DNA from: Halodesulfurarchaeum sp.
GTDB lineage: Archaea > Halobacteriota > Halobacteria > Halobacteriales > Halobacteriaceae
Direction: 5' to 3'
Assembly (NCBI GenBank): GCA_034520565.1
Contig: JAXHNL010000002.1
Coordinates: 96,001-160,000, forward strand
DNA: 64,000 nt
Every line of letters starts with the position of its first letter. The first letter of the stretch is position 1. Shown one piece after another: positions 30,275 to 40,077 of this stretch. The position numbers and the translations under genes were made by a program. The notes below the pieces were generated by a model. The model made no database searches. It saw nothing but the letters and a program-made list of their open reading frames with translations, and was not told the DNA's origin.

Positions 30275-31638
30275 GTTCCCGGCTTTCGAACCTCATCGAC
30301 GAGATCACCGGAACGACCGAGCGGGTTCGTTCGACGGGAAATCGTACCGACCCGATCGTGGACGTGGCGGACGTCTCCGTGACTTTGGGAACCGTGCAGG
30401 CCCTCTCGGCGGTCTCCGTCGACGTCGATCGTGGGGAGTTCATGGGCGTCATCGGCCCGAACGGGGCCGGGAAGACGACGCTGCTCCGCGCGATCAGCGG
30501 CGTTCTCGAGCCGACCAGCGGTTCGATCCACGTCGACGGCCACGACGTCACCCGTCTCCCGTCGAAGGCAAGCAGCCGCCTCGTCGCCGTCGTCCCCCAG
30601 GAGACCAACCTCGCCTTCGACTTCACCGTCCGGGAGATCGTGGAAATGGGACGGACTCCCTACCAGCAACGCGTGCGTTTCGACCAGTCCGCGGACGGCT
30701 CCATCGTCGATCGGGCCCTCGAGCGGACCCAGATCGCCTTCCTCGCAGAGCGGGATATCGGCGAGGTGAGCGGTGGCGAGCGCCAGCGGGTACTCCTCGC
30801 CCGCGCGCTCGCCCAGGACACGCCGGTCATGTTGCTCGACGAGCCGACCGCCAGCCTCGATATCAACCACCAGATCCGGACCCTCGAACTTGTCAAATCC
30901 CTCGTCGAGGACGGAAAGACGGTCATGGCCCCGATCCACGACCTCAATCTCGCGGCCCATTACTGTGACCGGCTCCTCCTGCTCTCGGACGGGAAGCGGA
31001 CCGCGCTGGGACCGCCGACTGAGGTGCTGACCGAGACAAACCTCGAAGCCGCCTTCGGGACCGACGCGGTGGTGACGAACAACCCGGTCACCGGATCGGT
31101 CTACGTCATGGCGCTCCCGGACGGAGCCCGGGATCGCGATGGGCCACGCGTCCACGTCGTCGGCGGCGGGGGGGCGGGGGCCCGATTGCTCTACCTGCTC
31201 GCGGCCAGCGGCTATCAGGTGACGACCGGGGCGCTCAACGAGGGCGACGCGGACATCGAAACCGCCCGGATGCTCGGCATCGACGCTACCACTCTCGAAC
31301 CGTACGCGCCCATCGACGACGCGACTGCAGCGGCGGTGACCGAGCGGGTCGAAGACGCGGCCGTGACGGTGCTTGCCGACGTGGCGATCGGCCACGGCAA
31401 CCTCCCGAACCTCAGGGCTGCGGCGAGCGCGAACGAACTGATCCTGGTCGAAGACCGGCCCATCGAGGAGCGGAACTACGCCGGCGTGCGGGGGGAAGAA
31501 CTCTACGAGTCACTCCGGGAACGAGCGGAGACGGTTCACTCCCGGAACGTGCTCGAAGCTGTCGGAGACGCCGTCGATGGAACGGGCGAAGACGCCGTCG
31601 ATGGGACGGTCGAGGGACCGGTCGAAACACCGGACTGA
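30271..31638 (+). CDS. btuD: Cobalamin ABC transporter ATP-binding protein with the haloarchaeal C-terminal extension
   Basis: GPNGAGKT, SGGERQR, LLDEPT, HDLNLAA; start overlaps the btuC stop. Confidence 0.85.
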   Translation: MSSRLSNLIDEITGTTERVRSTGNRTDPIVDVADVSVTLGTVQALSAVSVDVDRGEFMGVIGPNGAGKTTLLRAISGVLEPTSGSIHVDGHDVTRLPSKASSRLVAVVPQETNLAFDFTVREIVEMGRTPYQQRVRFDQSADGSIVDRALERTQIAFLAERDIGEVSGGERQRVLLARALAQDTPVMLLDEPTASLDINHQIRTLELVKSLVEDGKTVMAPIHDLNLAAHYCDRLLLLSDGKRTALGPPTEVLTETNLEAAFGTDAVVTNNPVTGSVYVMALPDGARDRDGPRVHVVGGGGAGARLLYLLAASGYQVTTGALNEGDADIETARMLGIDATTLEPYAPIDDATAAAVTERVEDAAVTVLADVAIGHGNLPNLRAAASANELILVEDRPIEERNYAGVRGEELYESLRERAETVHSRNVLEAVGDAVDGTGEDAVDGTVEGPVETPD

Positions 31639-31646
31639 GGGACCGG

Positions 31647-33101
31647 TCAGTCTTCGTCCTGGGCGGCGAGTTTCTCGGCGATTTCGGAGTCGATCGGCGG
31701 TCGCTCGTAGGCCGCAAGCAGCTGCTCCACGCGCTCTGTCGCCCGGTCGGCGATCGACGGCTCGCCCGCGTCGGTCCAGGCGTCGTGACTGCCCCGAATC
31801 CCGATCGTGTCCTCGAACACGGGCGCGTCCGGCAGCGTTCCGGGATCGCGACCGTCGAAAAACGGGTCCCGTGGCTCGCCGATCGGCATCGAGTCGGTGA
31901 CCGATCCGGACTCGAGACGCTCCCTGAGGGCCCGAGCTTCCGACGTGGCCGCCCGAAGCAGCCTGATCCGTTCGGCATCGAGGACCGTCTTCTCTGGCGA
32001 GACCATGCCGAAGGTGTCCAGTCCGCCGGTCGCGTTGAGCAGCAGGTCCGCCCCCGAATCGAGTCCCGCAGCGAGGTGGTGCATCGACTCGGCGCCACTC
32101 TGCTCGTCGATGGCCTTCGCGTCGGTGGCGGCCCCGTGGCCCCGCGACGGAAGCCCGTAGAAGGTAGCCATCTCGATCATCACCCGCTGGAGCGTCGAGC
32201 CGGGTATTCCGGCCGAGACCGCCTCGGCATTTCGGTCGTACATGGTGCTCGCCCGACCGAAGACGACCGGCGTCCCCGGATTGACCAGCTGGACGAGCGT
32301 CACCCCGAACAGGGATTCGGCCGTGGCCTGGACGGCCGTCTCCGCGAGGGAGTGAGGAGCCGACGCGCCGGGAATCGCCCCCGAGGAGACCACCAACGGT
32401 TGCCCCGCACGGGCGTACTGGAGCATTCCGTCCACGATGGGTTCGTTGAACAGCCTCGGCGAACGCAGGCAGAGGATCGCCAACACGGTCGGCTCCGAGA
32501 GGGCCGCTTCGTCGAAAGCGATCCGGGCCATTTCGAGTGACGCCGCGGCTTCGCCACCGCTTCGAGCCGAGCCGACGATCGGCTTGTCCGTCCCCGTAAA
32601 CAGCCCCTCCAGGAGTTCGTATCCCACCGCGGGTACCTCCAGTCCACCCGGGTTCCCCGGCAGCGAGTACCCCTCGGGACTCGTGAGATCGTAGCCGACG
32701 ACGTCGATCTCGGACTCCTCGTGGGCGAGTTTGACGAGCATCTGGAAGTCGTCCATCGTCGCCCGATGGCGGGCCTCGCCGGGTCGTTTCACGTATCGCG
32801 GGCCCCGGGTCGGAGCGATGACCGGCTCGCCGGTTCCCACGGTCACGCTCTTTTCGGGATCGCGGGCCCGCCACCGGAACGTTCCCGGGGCTGTGTCGAT
32901 CGCCTCTTCGACGAGGTCGGCCCCAATGGTAACCACCTCCCCGTCGACGGTCGCGCCGGCGGCTGCGAGTGTGTCCCGGGCCGTCTCGTGTTCGACCCGC
33001 ATGCCGTGTTCGGAAAGCAGCTCGATTGCACCCTCGTGAACCGTCCGTCGGGCGTCCGATGAGAGAAGGTCCATGCCCCATCCCAGGCGAGCATCGGACA
33101 A
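31647..33101 (-). CDS. Trimethylamine methyltransferase (MttB) superfamily protein, non-pyrrolysine
   Basis: HEGAIELL...GMRVE, ARDPEK, GASAPHSLA, QLVNPGTPV.FG, YGLPSR...TDAKAIDEQSGAE, SPEK.VLD; no in-frame TAG. Confidence 0.88.
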   Translation of the reverse strand: MSDARLGWGMDLLSSDARRTVHEGAIELLSEHGMRVEHETARDTLAAAGATVDGEVVTIGADLVEEAIDTAPGTFRWRARDPEKSVTVGTGEPVIAPTRGPRYVKRPGEARHRATMDDFQMLVKLAHEESEIDVVGYDLTSPEGYSLPGNPGGLEVPAVGYELLEGLFTGTDKPIVGSARSGGEAAASLEMARIAFDEAALSEPTVLAILCLRSPRLFNEPIVDGMLQYARAGQPLVVSSGAIPGASAPHSLAETAVQATAESLFGVTLVQLVNPGTPVVFGRASTMYDRNAEAVSAGIPGSTLQRVMIEMATFYGLPSRGHGAATDAKAIDEQSGAESMHHLAAGLDSGADLLLNATGGLDTFGMVSPEKTVLDAERIRLLRAATSEARALRERLESGSVTDSMPIGEPRDPFFDGRDPGTLPDAPVFEDTIGIRGSHDAWTDAGEPSIADRATERVEQLLAAYERPPIDSEIAEKLAAQDED

Positions 33102-33113
33102 GGGTTTTCGGGC

Positions 33114-33431
33114 CTATTTCTGGACGCGGCTTTTAACCCGTTCGACGAGCATCCGGCTCTCACAATCCGGGCAAGACCAGCTGCCAGTCGGACCGAAACC
33201 CATCTCGCCCCAGGCGACCGTTTCGTAGCCACACCGGGGACACTGGAGCTCCCATTCGCCGGGTTCCCACTCCGCGTCCGGGACGTATTCCAGACGAATC
33301 GAGCGGAGACAACCGCCAAAATCACCCTGGCATTGCGTGTTCCCGAGCGTCTGAGGCGGGTCAGACGGGTCGACGTTCCGAACCGGTTGGCGGGTTCCAC
33401 AGACCGGGCACGCATAGACCGGGAGACTCAC
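33114..33431 (-). CDS. Multi-CxxC zinc-ribbon protein
   Basis: CPVCG, CQGDFGGC, CPRCG, CPDCE; GTGA overlap with the vWA stop. Confidence 0.7.
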   Translation of the reverse strand: MSLPVYACPVCGTRQPVRNVDPSDPPQTLGNTQCQGDFGGCLRSIRLEYVPDAEWEPGEWELQCPRCGYETVAWGEMGFGPTGSWSCPDCESRMLVERVKSRVQK

Positions 33432-35335
33432 TCGAAAAGCACCTCCTGGACGAGCTGTCGAAGGGCCCGACGGAGCTGTTCGGTCTCGGGCGGGACGGTC
33501 ACCTGCCGGTGGAACTCGCTTTCCCCGGCAGCCTCGTCGGTCGTGAGATTGACGCCGAGGACTGGAACGGTGAAACGGTTCAGCGCCTCGCGGTAGCGAT
33601 CGGGCTCGGAGGGCCGGCCGTCGGTGACGACGATCACGAACCGATTCCCGTCGGCTCGCTTGAGATACTCCCGGGCGATGTGCAGGGTGTCCGTGAGCGG
33701 CGTTCCACCGCCGACGTCGCCGTGATACAGCCGGCCGGCCGCCCGGTCGACGCTCCGATCGACTGGCTTTGCAAGCCGGACCTCCTTATCGAGGAGTTCG
33801 AGCACGGAGACGTCCACGTCGACTGCTTCGAGGGCCACCGCGAGCATCCCCATCGCCTGTTCGGCAACGCGGACGTGCTGACGCATGCTCCCGGAGCGGT
33901 CGAGCACGAACAGACACCGATGTTCGGTTTCGTCCGGCCGCTCCCGTCGCTGTTTCACCCGTCGGTCGCCGGTCGCGTGTCGGTGGAGTGCGGCCGGGTC
34001 GAGGCGGCCGCGGCGCGTGTTTCGCTGGATCGATCGCTTTCGCTGCTTCTGGAAGCGGTTTTTCAGCACGCGTGCGAGTCGGGTCCCATCCGCCTCGGCG
34101 GCCGCCCGGGTCGGTTCGTGGGGCACGGGATCGTCGGTCGGAATCACGACCCCGTCGCTCTCGAGTTCCGTTTCGGCAGCCGAGACGGCTGCCTGGAGGT
34201 CCTCGAGGGATTCTCGCCGTTCGTCGATCGACCGACCCTGTCGACGTTGGGCCTCGATCTCGGCGGCGAGGTCCGTCGAAAGCTGCTCGTCGAGTGGTGA
34301 TTCGTCACCTGATTCCGCCCCCTCCGAACGGTCGTCCGAACCGGATGAACCGTTCTGCTGCAGTTCGACCTGGTCTCCCGCTGTCGAATCAGCGGGTCGG
34401 TTCCGATCGGCGCGCTCGGCCCCGTCACCGCCGATTTCGATGGCCGGAAGCGGCTCCGTCTCCGTCGAAAGCGGCCCGTGGCTGGCGTCGTCCGGCATCC
34501 CCCAGTGGTTCCCGGCCCAGGCGGCGACCTGCGCGCGGCCGTCGGCGTCGGCTTCGGCGATGACCCCCCGGATCTCGTCGAAACACTCGATTGCGAGCCG
34601 GTTCCGTTCGGTCGGATCGGTCACGCCGGCACGGCTCCGTTTCGTCTCCTCGATCGCCGGCAGGACCGTCGATTCGAAGCGCTCCCGGTCGGCGTCGGTG
34701 TGGAAGTGGTGGCGGTCGGTGGCTGAGTCCAGCAGCTCCGAAAGCGGCCCCGACTCGATCACCGTCCCGTCCATGACCGCGAGCACCGCCGCCTGCGCCA
34801 TGGGGTAGACGAATCCGCCATCCGGATCCGGAATACCGGGTCCGGTAGCCACGAGCAGGTTCCGCCGAACCGTCCGGATCCACTCGCCGTAATTCGGCCA
34901 TCGGTCGCGAATCGTCGCCTCGATTGCGGCGTCCTCGAAGGCGTTCCAGAGCGCCGCGGCGACCGGTCGGTACCCCGCAGCGATCTGTTCGAGTCGATCG
35001 TCCAAGTCGGCAAAGTCGGTGTACTCGAGATGGGTGAGTTCGTGGAGCACCCAGACCCGCTGGACGAGCAGGTGATACTCCCGCTCGGGGTACGCGGTCA
35101 CCGGCTGGAGAACTGGGTCCCCGGAGAGTGTCACGGTCGGTGTGCCATCGGCCACGGTGAGGGTCGCCGGCGGAAACCCCGACTCGATCCTGACCACGAG
35201 GTCCCAGCGACCGGTCCTGATCCGGGCGTCCCGCTGGAGGCGATCGGCCCGGGCCTCGCTTTCTCGCAGCGACGCCGTCTCGGCGTCGAGGTGGGCCGAC
35301 ACGGCCTCGGGGTCGGTCGAGCTGTCGATGTGCAT
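33428..35335 (-). CDS. vWA-domain protein (CobT/NorD/CbbO-like partner of a MoxR ATPase)
   Basis: N-terminal HELTH...NAFED, acidic linker, RGRLD, MIDAS DRSGS...GGTP...TDG. Confidence 0.88.
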   Translation of the reverse strand: MHIDSSTDPEAVSAHLDAETASLRESEARADRLQRDARIRTGRWDLVVRIESGFPPATLTVADGTPTVTLSGDPVLQPVTAYPEREYHLLVQRVWVLHELTHLEYTDFADLDDRLEQIAAGYRPVAAALWNAFEDAAIEATIRDRWPNYGEWIRTVRRNLLVATGPGIPDPDGGFVYPMAQAAVLAVMDGTVIESGPLSELLDSATDRHHFHTDADRERFESTVLPAIEETKRSRAGVTDPTERNRLAIECFDEIRGVIAEADADGRAQVAAWAGNHWGMPDDASHGPLSTETEPLPAIEIGGDGAERADRNRPADSTAGDQVELQQNGSSGSDDRSEGAESGDESPLDEQLSTDLAAEIEAQRRQGRSIDERRESLEDLQAAVSAAETELESDGVVIPTDDPVPHEPTRAAAEADGTRLARVLKNRFQKQRKRSIQRNTRRGRLDPAALHRHATGDRRVKQRRERPDETEHRCLFVLDRSGSMRQHVRVAEQAMGMLAVALEAVDVDVSVLELLDKEVRLAKPVDRSVDRAAGRLYHGDVGGGTPLTDTLHIAREYLKRADGNRFVIVVTDGRPSEPDRYREALNRFTVPVLGVNLTTDEAAGESEFHRQVTVPPETEQLRRALRQLVQEVLFE

Positions 35336-35336
35336 C

Positions 35337-36374
35337 TCAGAGTTCGGCGGTGATGGTGTCCCGAATCGTGGCTTTGTCGAGTTTGAGCGTGGCGTGGCCC
35401 ACGAGCACGAGGCGAGCGGCCTCGGCGATCGGCATGAACTCCTCCGCGGACCCGGCCATCTCGACCACCTTCAGGAGTTCCCGGTGGCTGATCGGCGTCT
35501 CGAGCTCGTCCCGGCGGTGGGCCTCGCGGAGGCGCTCGGCGACGGCCGTGAGGCGCTTGGCCGTCTCCGGATCGACGCCCGTCTCCTCGATCAACAGGTC
35601 GGCTTCCTCCTCGGGCGGCAGGTACTCGACCGGCAGGACGACGAATCGCGAGCGGAAGGCGTCGTTCATCTCGCTCGTCCCGGCATACGAGAGCGGGTTT
35701 GCGGTGCCGACGAAGCGGAAAGCGGGATGGATGTACCGACCGAGGTGTTTCTCGGGGTCCCACTCGGTGTCCGGTGGAAGGTCAGTCAGCGTTCGACCGG
35801 TCCCCCTGAGATTGAGTCGCCGACGGCCGGCCTCCTCGCAGATGGCGTGGAGATGCGAGGTGATGTCCCCCTCGGCCATGTTGATCTCGTCGGCGACGAA
35901 GATCCACCCGAAAAGCGCCGCCTTCGCGAGTTCGCCGAGCACGTAGACGGTATCCCCGCCGACGAGGTCCTTCTCCCCGATGAGGTCGAAAACGGTGGTA
36001 TCGGCTCCGAAGTTCATTCGGGTGACCGGCCGATTCGTCTCGCTTGCGAGGGTCAAAACGGCCGTGTTCTTCCCGGTCCCGGCCTCGCCCTCGAGGAGGA
36101 CAGGCTTGTCCAGTTCACCCAGCGCGCGGGCGATGATCTCCTCGGAGTCGCGGCCGCCAGTCATCGCCGTGGGATGGTAGGCCGTCCGAACCGTCGGCAC
36201 CTGCTGGGGGCCCGGCTCGTGGACCGGGAGTCCGTAGTAGGTCGAATCCGTCGGCGGGCCGACGAGGTGGGAGGCGGGATCGACCGTAACGCGGATCCCG
36301 GCGAGATCGTGGTACTCGGCCGGCCGGCGGGCCAGTTCCGAGTCCGACTGCTCACCCGGGGTCTCCCGGGTCAT
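35337..36374 (-). CDS. MoxR-class AAA+ ATPase (CbbQ/NirQ/NorQ/CobS-like)
   Basis: Walker A GEAGTGKN, Walker B FVADEIN, TANP, DAFRSRF. Confidence 0.9.
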   Translation of the reverse strand: MTRETPGEQSDSELARRPAEYHDLAGIRVTVDPASHLVGPPTDSTYYGLPVHEPGPQQVPTVRTAYHPTAMTGGRDSEEIIARALGELDKPVLLEGEAGTGKNTAVLTLASETNRPVTRMNFGADTTVFDLIGEKDLVGGDTVYVLGELAKAALFGWIFVADEINMAEGDITSHLHAICEEAGRRRLNLRGTGRTLTDLPPDTEWDPEKHLGRYIHPAFRFVGTANPLSYAGTSEMNDAFRSRFVVLPVEYLPPEEEADLLIEETGVDPETAKRLTAVAERLREAHRRDELETPISHRELLKVVEMAGSAEEFMPIAEAARLVLVGHATLKLDKATIRDTITAEL

Positions 36375-36553
36375 CGGTTCCTCCGGACCCGTAAAGCGGT
36401 CGCTGGCGCCCGTTCCCGCAGATCGGTGTCGTATCGCGGCGATCCGGCCATCGAAATCACGTATACCGGATCTTGGCGCCCACGGATAGAAAGCCTTCGA
36501 CCGGCCGGTGTGTCGTTCGACCCGCTCACCACGTCGACCACCTGCGAATCGCC

Positions 36554-37300
36554 CTAGAGCCGCTTGTTCCACTCGTCGGTCCGGAACTGCGAGTCGGCCA
36601 ACGCTCGCGCCCGCTCAAGGGTCGCTTCCTCGTAGGAGCCCTCGCGGGTGCCGTAGGTCGAATCGAGGGCGTCGATGAGCGACCCGATGATCGCCTCCCG
36701 CGAGCCCTCGACGTGGTCGGTGATCCGGGCGACCCGCTTCTCGGCGGACTTGACGGCCTTGTCCGAGACCTTCTCCTCGCCGATCCGCAGGGCCTTGAGC
36801 ATCCCCGCGATGTCGACGCTATAGCTCATGGTCGTGTGGTGTAACACCGCGTCACCGGACCGGAGTTGGGCCGAGCCGCCGATCTTGCCCTCGGCGTGAC
36901 TGATGTCGTTGAGCGGCTCGTGATACGCCGCGAGCCCGGCCCGTTCGAGGCCGTCGAGCACCCACTCGTCGAGTTTCTCGTAGCTCTCCTCGATGTCGTC
37001 GGGAACGTCCTCGCGGCGGAAGTACATCGAGTAGGTGATGACGTCCCCCGGCTCCGCGAACATCGCCCCGCCGCCGGTGATCCGTCGAACGACGTCGATA
37101 CCATGGCTTTCGACGTAGTCGGTCGCGACCTCGTCCTCGTAGGCCTGAAATCGGCCGAGGGGAATCGCTGGACTGGTCCGGTACCAGAACCGGACCGTCG
37201 GCTCGATTTCGTCCGCGGCGAGCCGATCGAGGAGGACTTGATCGAGGGCGTGATGCATCGGTTCGTCGAACTCGCCCTCGTCGATCAGCCGGACCGTCAT
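36554..37300 (-). CDS. lplA: Lipoate-protein ligase catalytic subunit
   Basis: RRITGGGA, NDI, KIGGSAQ, HHTT. Confidence 0.9.
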   Translation of the reverse strand: MTVRLIDEGEFDEPMHHALDQVLLDRLAADEIEPTVRFWYRTSPAIPLGRFQAYEDEVATDYVESHGIDVVRRITGGGAMFAEPGDVITYSMYFRREDVPDDIEESYEKLDEWVLDGLERAGLAAYHEPLNDISHAEGKIGGSAQLRSGDAVLHHTTMSYSVDIAGMLKALRIGEEKVSDKAVKSAEKRVARITDHVEGSREAIIGSLIDALDSTYGTREGSYEEATLERARALADSQFRTDEWNKRL

Positions 37301-37566
37301 TCCAGGGCCTCCACGGTCACGGTCGCCAGGTCCGCTGCGTCGAAGCCGATGAGTTGGGCGTCGACGGCCTCGATCTCGGCCTGGAGGTCCGGAGTCGAGA
37401 TATCCACGGAATGGCCCTCGATCGCGGCCTCGAGGTCGGCCAGGGCCTCGGGCGGTTCGAGGAAGAAGTCCCCCGTGATCGCGACGTCCTCGATCGTCTC
37501 CTCGTAGGTCACCTCGACTCTGACGAGTTTGCCATCGGGTACCTTGACGGACTCGGTCGCCTGCAT
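37297..37566 (-). CDS. Lipoate-protein ligase C-terminal domain protein (LplB-like)
   Basis: KVPDGKLV...ITGDFFLEP; overlaps the lplA start. Confidence 0.85.
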   Translation of the reverse strand: MQATESVKVPDGKLVRVEVTYEETIEDVAITGDFFLEPPEALADLEAAIEGHSVDISTPDLQAEIEAVDAQLIGFDAADLATVTVEALE

Positions 37567-37712
37567 ACTACTGGTCACGGGCTGGCAATTCTTGTACCCG
37601 CCGATCCCGGAAGCGACCGACCGTGCAGTCGGCTGGCCGTGGTGTGACAGTTGATGTCCCACGAATCGCCGCCACCGGAGGATTCATCCCGGAGAACCAC
37701 GGATGCTCGAAC

Positions 37713-37952
37713 ATGCCGGAATCGGAAGTGACGTTGCCGGACCGAGTCACGAGTGACATCGACCGTTTCGTCGAATCGGGGGAGTTCCTGAACTGGGACC
37801 AGGCCGTCGAGGAGCTGCTCACTCTCGGCCTGTCGGCCTACCAGTCCGAGGAGTCGGTCGGACAGGAGGAATCGGTGTTCACCGGGACCGTCGACGACCA
37901 GCAGGACCCCGCGATCGCGGACGACGATCCGGGTTCGGATCGGATGTACTGA
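37713..37952 (+). CDS. Small ribbon-helix-helix-like protein
   Basis: EVTLPDRV..DIDRFVESGEFLN.DQAVEELL. Confidence 0.7.
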   Translation: MPESEVTLPDRVTSDIDRFVESGEFLNWDQAVEELLTLGLSAYQSEESVGQEESVFTGTVDDQQDPAIADDDPGSDRMY

Positions 37953-37972
37953 ATCGGGAGCGTTCGACCGTT

Positions 37973-38299
37973 TTAGGCGATCGAGACGGTCTCATCCGCC
38001 GACTCGATCAGTGACACCAGTTCGTCCATTTTCGCCCGGGGCCGCAGGTCGTCGGCTTCCATGTCCCGATGGTCAAGACAGCGATCGCAGGCCAGGAGTT
38101 CGCCGCCATCCATCTGGAATTTCCGGATGATTCCGTGCGGGTTCACGTCGTCCCCGGCGGGCTGGTCCGGCGCCTCGACGCCGTCCCCGAGGAGGTAGGC
38201 GGTGACGTCGTGACCGGCCTCGAGGGCCGAATTGCCGAGGTGAAAGCCGTTCCAGACGGGGCCGGGTTCCTTCGTTTCGACGATCAGACAGAGGTGCAT
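37973..38299 (-). CDS. DsrE family protein
   Basis: GHDVTAYLLGDGVE, ACDRCL..R. Confidence 0.85.
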   Translation of the reverse strand: MHLCLIVETKEPGPVWNGFHLGNSALEAGHDVTAYLLGDGVEAPDQPAGDDVNPHGIIRKFQMDGGELLACDRCLDHRDMEADDLRPRAKMDELVSLIESADETVSIA

Positions 38300-38370
38300 A
38301 GAGAATCGACACGGCCCAGGTCAAAGATAGAATCGGTCGGGGCAACGGCGTCTGGCTCCTCACCGTCCCG

Positions 38371-38745
38371 TTACCGTTCCAGTTCGCGGTCGATCTCGTC
38401 CGGCTCCGGGTTGGCAATCTCGGTTTCGAGGAGCCGCTCCAGTTTGCGTTCGAACTCGTCGTCGGTCAGTTCCCCGGCCGCATACCGGTTCTTCAGCGTC
38501 TCGACCGCGTCATCCTCGGTCTCTGCTTCCGGCACGTCGACCTCCTCGTCCTCCCACCACTCGGCGATGGTTTCCTGATCGCCGAAGGCAAGGGCCGTAA
38601 GCGGCACAACGACGATGTATCCGAGCAGCGTGAACGGAAGCCACCGATCCAGGCCCGTGAACAGGGCCCCCAACCAGACGCCGGTCACCACCACGGAAAC
38701 CACCTGAGTCAGGTTCTCCCGAAGGCGCTCCACCGGTCGGCTCAT
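38371..38745 (-). CDS. SHOCT-domain membrane protein
   Basis: Two TM helices, then LKNRYAAGELTDDEFERK. Confidence 0.8.
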   Translation of the reverse strand: MSRPVERLRENLTQVVSVVVTGVWLGALFTGLDRWLPFTLLGYIVVVPLTALAFGDQETIAEWWEDEEVDVPEAETEDDAVETLKNRYAAGELTDDEFERKLERLLETEIANPEPDEIDRELER

Positions 38746-38775
38746 ACCCGAACTTCACGGAGGCGGGCCGTAAAA

Positions 38776-40077
38776 TTACGGGGATTTCGTCGCCGCCTCG
38801 ATCGCCCGCTCGAGGTCCACAATAATGTCCGCCGGATCCTCCAGGCCCACGGAGAGCCGGATCATGTCGGGTTCCACGCCCGCGTCCGCGAGTTCACTCT
38901 CCGAGAGCTGCTGGTGGGTCGTCGAGGCGGGGTGAATGATGAGGGTCTTCGCGTCGCCGACGTTGGCGAGCAAACTCGCGAGTTCGGTCGACTCGACGAC
39001 CGTCTGAGCCTCGTCGTAGCCGCCCTCGATCCCGAAGGTGAGCATGCCGCCGTAGCCGCCATCGAGGTACGTTTCGGCGTTCTCGGCGGTTTCGTGGCTG
39101 TCCAAGCCGGGGTAGTTGATCCACTCGACGGCCTCGTGGTCCGCGAGGTACTCCGCGACGATGGCGGCGTTCTCGGAGTGACGAGCCATTCGGAGCGGGA
39201 AACTCTCGAGTTTCTGGAGGGTGACCCAGGCGTCGAAGGGGGACTGCTGGTTCCCCAGGTCGCGGAGGCCCCGAGCAATCGCGGCGTAGGTGAAGGCGGC
39301 GTCGCCGAACCGGTCGGCGAAGTTGACGCCGTGGTAGGCCGGGTTTTCGCCCCCAATTTCGGGATACTTCTCGGCGTGTTCCTTCCAGGGGAACGTCCCG
39401 GCGTCGACGATGACCCCACCGACGGTCGAGCCGGCCCCGTGGAGCCACTTCGTCGTGGAGTTCCAGACGAGGTCTGCGCCGTACTCGATCGGGTTGCAGA
39501 GATACGGCGTCGCGAAGGTGTTGTCCACGAGCAGCGGCGTGTCGTTCTCGTGAGCGATGTCGGCGATCCGCTCGATATCCGGGGTGATCAGGGCGGGATT
39601 GCCGATCGTCTCGATCAGGACGTAGGCGGTGTCCGCGTCGATCGCTTCGCGATACTGGTCGTCCTCGAGCGTGTCGACGAACCGCGTGTCGATGCCCCGC
39701 CGGGGGGCGGTGTGATTCAAATAGGTGTGTGTCCCGCCGTACAGCGAGGAGGCGGCGACGATGTTGTCCCCGGATTCGGCGAGCAGGAAGGTCGTGAGAT
39801 CCAGCGCGGCCATTCCCGAGCCGGTTACCGTCGCGCCGACGCCACCCTCGAGTGAGGCAAGCCGCTCCTGGAGGGTCTCGACGGTCGGATTCATCAACCG
39901 CGAGTACACGTAGCCCGGTTTTTCGAGGGCGAACTGGGCGGCCGCGTCTTCCGCGTCTTCGAACTCGTAGGAGGTCGTCTGGTAGATCGGCGGTGCGCGC
40001 GAACCGGTGGCCGAATCGGACTCCTGGCCCGCGTGAATCGATCGGGTGTAGATCCCGTGGTCGTCTGGTCCTGTCAT
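38776..40077 (-). CDS. metY: O-acetylhomoserine aminocarboxypropyltransferase/sulfhydrylase
   Basis: PIYQTTSY, YSRLMNPT, DNTFATP, STTKW, ANVGDAK.LIIHPASTTH. Confidence 0.93.
   Translation of the reverse strand: MTGPDDHGIYTRSIHAGQESDSATGSRAPPIYQTTSYEFEDAEDAAAQFALEKPGYVYSRLMNPTVETLQERLASLEGGVGATVTGSGMAALDLTTFLLAESGDNIVAASSLYGGTHTYLNHTAPRRGIDTRFVDTLEDDQYREAIDADTAYVLIETIGNPALITPDIERIADIAHENDTPLLVDNTFATPYLCNPIEYGADLVWNSTTKWLHGAGSTVGGVIVDAGTFPWKEHAEKYPEIGGENPAYHGVNFADRFGDAAFTYAAIARGLRDLGNQQSPFDAWVTLQKLESFPLRMARHSENAAIVAEYLADHEAVEWINYPGLDSHETAENAETYLDGGYGGMLTFGIEGGYDEAQTVVESTELASLLANVGDAKTLIIHPASTTHQQLSESELADAGVEPDMIRLSVGLEDPADIIVDLERAIEAATKSP

Noticed and set aside
33428-36374. Definite cobaltochelatase CobST
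   Set aside because: Family resemblance only; no cobN or other cob genes in the window, so the call is left at family level.
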